Of a stretch of 64,000 nucleotides of DNA, positions 60,984 through 64,000 are shown piece after piece. Made by a program: the position numbers and the translations under genes. A model generated the notes under the pieces. It ran no database searches. It was not told the origin of the DNA and saw nothing but the letters and a program-made list of their open reading frames with translations. Source of the DNA: Escherichia coli (GTDB lineage Bacteria > Pseudomonadota > Gammaproteobacteria > Enterobacterales > Enterobacteriaceae); NCBI RefSeq assembly GCF_003019035.1, contig NZ_CP027447.1, one strand, 5' to 3'. Position 1 is the first letter of the stretch; every line of letters begins with the position of its first letter.

Positions 60984-61921
60984 GCCGGAGCGTCTCCGTT
61001 ATAGACTTCAGCGAGGATCTCGCGCGCGCCGTTATTCAGTAGCTCTTCTGCCAGCGAAATCCCCATTTGTTCGGCATCTTGCGGCGCACCGCGGCGTTCA
61101 CCGCGAATAATCTGCGAACCGTCCGGCGCGCCGACCAGCGCACGCAGCCAGATTTCGCCATCAATAAGCTCGGCGTAGCTACCAATTGGTACCTGACATC
61201 CGCCTTCGAGACGGGTATTCATGGCGCGTTCTGCGGTAACGCGCAGTGCAGTTTCGTGGTGATTCAGCGCGGCAAGCAGCTCGCGAGTGCGAGAATCATC
61301 AAGGCGGCATTCAATACCCACCGCACCTTGTCCTACCGCCGGAAGAGAAATCTCGGGTGGCAATGCGGCGCGAATGCGGGACTCCAGACCTAAACGTTTT
61401 AGTCCGGCTACGGCAAGAATGATGGCATCGTATTCGCCGTTATCCAGTTTACTCAGGCGAGTGCCGACGTTGCCGCGCAGGGAGCGGATAATCAGATCCG
61501 GGCGGCGTTCAGCCAGTTGGCACTGGCGACGTAAACTGGACGTCCCGACGATACTGCCTGCCGGTAACGCATCCAGACTTTCATAGTTATTGGACACAAA
61601 GGCATCGCGAGGATCTTCACGCTCGCAAATGGTGACCAGCCCCAGACCTTGCGGGAATTCAACCGGCACATCTTTCATTGAATGTACGGCGATATCGGCG
61701 CGATTCTCCAGGAGCGCGACTTCCAGCTCTTTAACAAATAAGCCTTTTCCGCCTACTTTCGCCAGCGGCGTATCAAGAATCACATCGCCGCGCGTCACCA
61801 TCGGTACCAGTTCAACGACCAGGCCCGGATGGCTCGCCATCAACTTGTCTTTGACATAGTGTGCCTGCCAGAGTGCAAGTGGGCTTTGGCGTGTGGCAAT
61901 TCTTAAAACATTGTCTAACAT
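60980..61921 (-). CDS. hemC: porphobilinogen deaminase (hydroxymethylbilane synthase)
   Basis: 313 aa from [23 protein letters not shown] (ATG at 61921); the ORF track offers a 7-codon longer start at 61942. Confidence 0.93.
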   Translation of the reverse strand: MLDNVLRIATRQSPLALWQAHYVKDKLMASHPGLVVELVPMVTRGDVILDTPLAKVGGKGLFVKELEVALLENRADIAVHSMKDVPVEFPQGLGLVTICEREDPRDAFVSNNYESLDALPAGSIVGTSSLRRQCQLAERRPDLIIRSLRGNVGTRLSKLDNGEYDAIILAVAGLKRLGLESRIRAALPPEISLPAVGQGAVGIECRLDDSRTRELLAALNHHETALRVTAERAMNTRLEGGCQVPIGSYAELIDGEIWLRALVGAPDGSQIIRGERRGAPQDAEQMGISLAEELLNNGAREILAEVYNGDAPA

Positions 61922-61942
61922 GCTTGTTACCGTCATTATCAT

Positions 61943-62307
61943 CCGTGGTCCATCCTAACATCCTTGCCAGAGCGATGTCAGTGTTGTGGTGAAACGTAGA
62001 CGCCTGCGCAAACCGTAAAATGAGGTCTGGCAGTGGATCCTGACAGGCGTTTCACGCCGTCGTAATAAGGAATTTACAGAGAATAAACGGTGCTACACTT
62101 GTATGTAGCGCATCTTTCTTTACGGTCAATCAGCAAGGTGTTAAATTGATCACGTTTTAGACCATTTTTTCGTCGTGAAACTAAAAAAACCAGGCGCGAA
62201 AAGTGGTAACGGTTACCTTTGACATACGAAATATCCCGAATGCCGCGTGTTACCGTTGATGTTGGCGGAATCACAGTCATGACGGGTAGCAAATCAGGCG
62301 ATACGTC
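61943..62307. promoter_or_regulatory. hemC-cyaA divergent promoter region
   Basis: 365 bp between divergent starts; known to hold cyaA promoters and CRP control, not resolved by eye. Confidence 0.45.
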
Positions 62308-64000
62308 TTGTACCTCTATATTGAGACTCTGAAACAGAGACTGGATGCCATAAATCAATTGCGTGTGGATCGCGCGCTTGCTGCTATGGGGCCTGCATTC
62401 CAACAGGTCTACAGTCTACTGCCGACATTGTTGCACTATCACCATCCGCTAATGCCGGGTTACCTTGATGGTAACGTTCCCAAAGGCATTTGCCTTTACA
62501 CGCCTGATGAAACTCAACGCCACTACCTGAACGAGCTTGAACTGTATCGTGGAATGTCAGTACAGGATCCGCCGAAAGGTGAGCTTCCAATTACTGGTGT
62601 ATACACCATGGGCAGCACCTCGTCCGTAGGGCAAAGTTGTTCCTCTGACCTGGATATCTGGGTCTGTCATCAATCCTGGCTCGATAGCGAAGAGCGCCAG
62701 TTACTACAACGTAAATGTAGTCTGCTGGAAAGCTGGGCCGCCTCGCTGGGCGTGGAAGTTAGCTTCTTCCTGATTGATGAAAATCGCTTCCGTCATAATG
62801 AAAGCGGCAGCCTGGGGGGCGAAGATTGTGGCTCCACCCAGCATATACTGCTGCTTGACGAATTTTATCGTACCGCCGTGCGTCTCGCCGGTAAGCGTAT
62901 TCTGTGGAATATGGTGCCGTGCGACGAAGAAGAGCATTACGACGACTATGTGATGACGCTTTACGCGCAGGGCGTGCTTACTCCTAATGAATGGCTGGAT
63001 CTTGGTGGCTTAAGCTCGCTTTCTGCTGAAGAGTACTTTGGTGCCAGCCTTTGGCAGCTCTACAAGAGTATCGATTCCCCATACAAAGCGGTGCTGAAAA
63101 CACTGCTATTGGAAGCCTATTCCTGGGAATATCCCAACCCACGCCTGCTGGCGAAAGATATCAAACAGCGTTTGCACGACGGCGAGATTGTGTCGTTTGG
63201 CCTCGATCCATACTGCATGATGCTGGAGCGTGTTACGGAATACCTGACGGCGATTGAAGATTTCACCCGTCTGGATTTAGTACGCCGCTGCTTCTATTTA
63301 AAAGTGTGCGAAAAACTCAGCCGCGAACGCGCCTGCGTAGGCTGGCGTCGTGAAGTGCTAACCCAGTTAGTGAAAGAGTGGGAATGGGACGATGCGCGTC
63401 TGGCAATGCTCGATAACCGCGCTAACTGGAAGATTGATCAGGTGCGTGAGGCGCACAACGAGCTGCTCGACGCGATGATGCAGAGCTACCGTAATCTGAT
63501 CCGCTTTGCGCGTCGCAATAACCTTAGCGTCTCCGCCAGTCCGCAGGATATCGGCGTACTGACGCGTAAACTGTATGCTGCGTTTGAAGCATTGCCAGGT
63601 AAAGTGACGCTGGTAAACCCGCAGATTTCGCCCGATCTCTCGGAACCGAATCTGACCTTTATTTATGTACCGCCGGGCCGCGCCAACCGTTCAGGTTGGT
63701 ATCTGTATAACCGCGCGCCAAATATTGAGTCAATCATCAGCCATCAGCCGCTGGAATATAACCGTTACCTGAATAAACTGGTGGCGTGGGCATGGTTTAA
63801 CGGCCTGCTGACCTCGCGCACCCGCTTGTATATTAAAGGTAACGGCATTGTCGATTTGCCTAAGTTGCAGGAGATGGTCGCCGACGTGTCGCACCATTTC
63901 CCGCTGCGCTTACCTGCACCGACACCGAAGGCGCTCTACAGCCCATGTGAGATCCGCCATCTGGCGATTATCGTTAACCTGGAATATGACCCGACAGCTG
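62308..64000 (+). CDS. cyaA: adenylate cyclase, 5' partial (continues beyond the window)
   Basis: TTG start; hand translation [55 protein letters not shown] stays open to the window end; absent from the ORF track because there is no stop in the window. Confidence 0.92.
   Translation, partial: MYLYIETLKQRLDAINQLRVDRALAAMGPAFQQVYSLLPTLLHYHHPLMPGYLDGNVPKGICLYTPDETQRHYLNELELYRGMSVQDPPKGELPITGVYTMGSTSSVGQSCSSDLDIWVCHQSWLDSEERQLLQRKCSLLESWAASLGVEVSFFLIDENRFRHNESGSLGGEDCGSTQHILLLDEFYRTAVRLAGKRILWNMVPCDEEEHYDDYVMTLYAQGVLTPNEWLDLGGLSSLSAEEYFGASLWQLYKSIDSPYKAVLKTLLLEAYSWEYPNPRLLAKDIKQRLHDGEIVSFGLDPYCMMLERVTEYLTAIEDFTRLDLVRRCFYLKVCEKLSRERACVGWRREVLTQLVKEWEWDDARLAMLDNRANWKIDQVREAHNELLDAMMQSYRNLIRFARRNNLSVSASPQDIGVLTRKLYAAFEALPGKVTLVNPQISPDLSEPNLTFIYVPPGRANRSGWYLYNRAPNIESIISHQPLEYNRYLNKLVAWAWFNGLLTSRTRLYIKGNGIVDLPKLQEMVADVSHHFPLRLPAPTPKALYSPCEIRHLAIIVNLEYDPTA

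Overview
This window is a core Escherichia coli chromosomal segment, read directly from the sequence and the ORF translations: the ribose operon (rbsDACBK-rbsR), hsrA, yieP, a complete rRNA operon of rrnC type (16S, tRNA-Glu, 23S, 5S, tRNA-Asp, tRNA-Trp), hdfR, yifE, comM, the ilvLXGMEDA-ilvY-ilvC cluster, ppiC, rep, gppA, rhlB, trxA, rhoL-rho, the enterobacterial common antigen cluster (wecA to wecG), yifK, a four-tRNA cluster (Arg, His, Leu, Pro), aslB, aslA, the sRNA glmZ, hemYXDC and the 5' part of cyaA. ilvG is intact (548 aa), so the strain is not the K-12 reference lineage. I found no CRISPR array, no transposase or integrase, and no obvious defence-system architecture. The one block that is not part of the gene order I remember for K-12 is a five-gene, same-strand cluster between ilvC and ppiC (about 26.1-31.0 kb): a GntR-family regulator, a PfkB-family sugar kinase, an RraA-family protein (probable aldolase), a D-2-hydroxyacid dehydrogenase and an MFS transporter, preceded by a 400 bp leader with three copies of a palindromic motif. 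It looks like an uncharacterised sugar-acid or organic-acid catabolic locus rather than a new class of system. Two core genes, comM and wecF, each carry a single-base deletion in a short homopolymer that splits the reading frame; these are either real pseudogenes or homopolymer sequencing errors. All coordinates were counted by hand and may be off by a few bases; no database search was possible.
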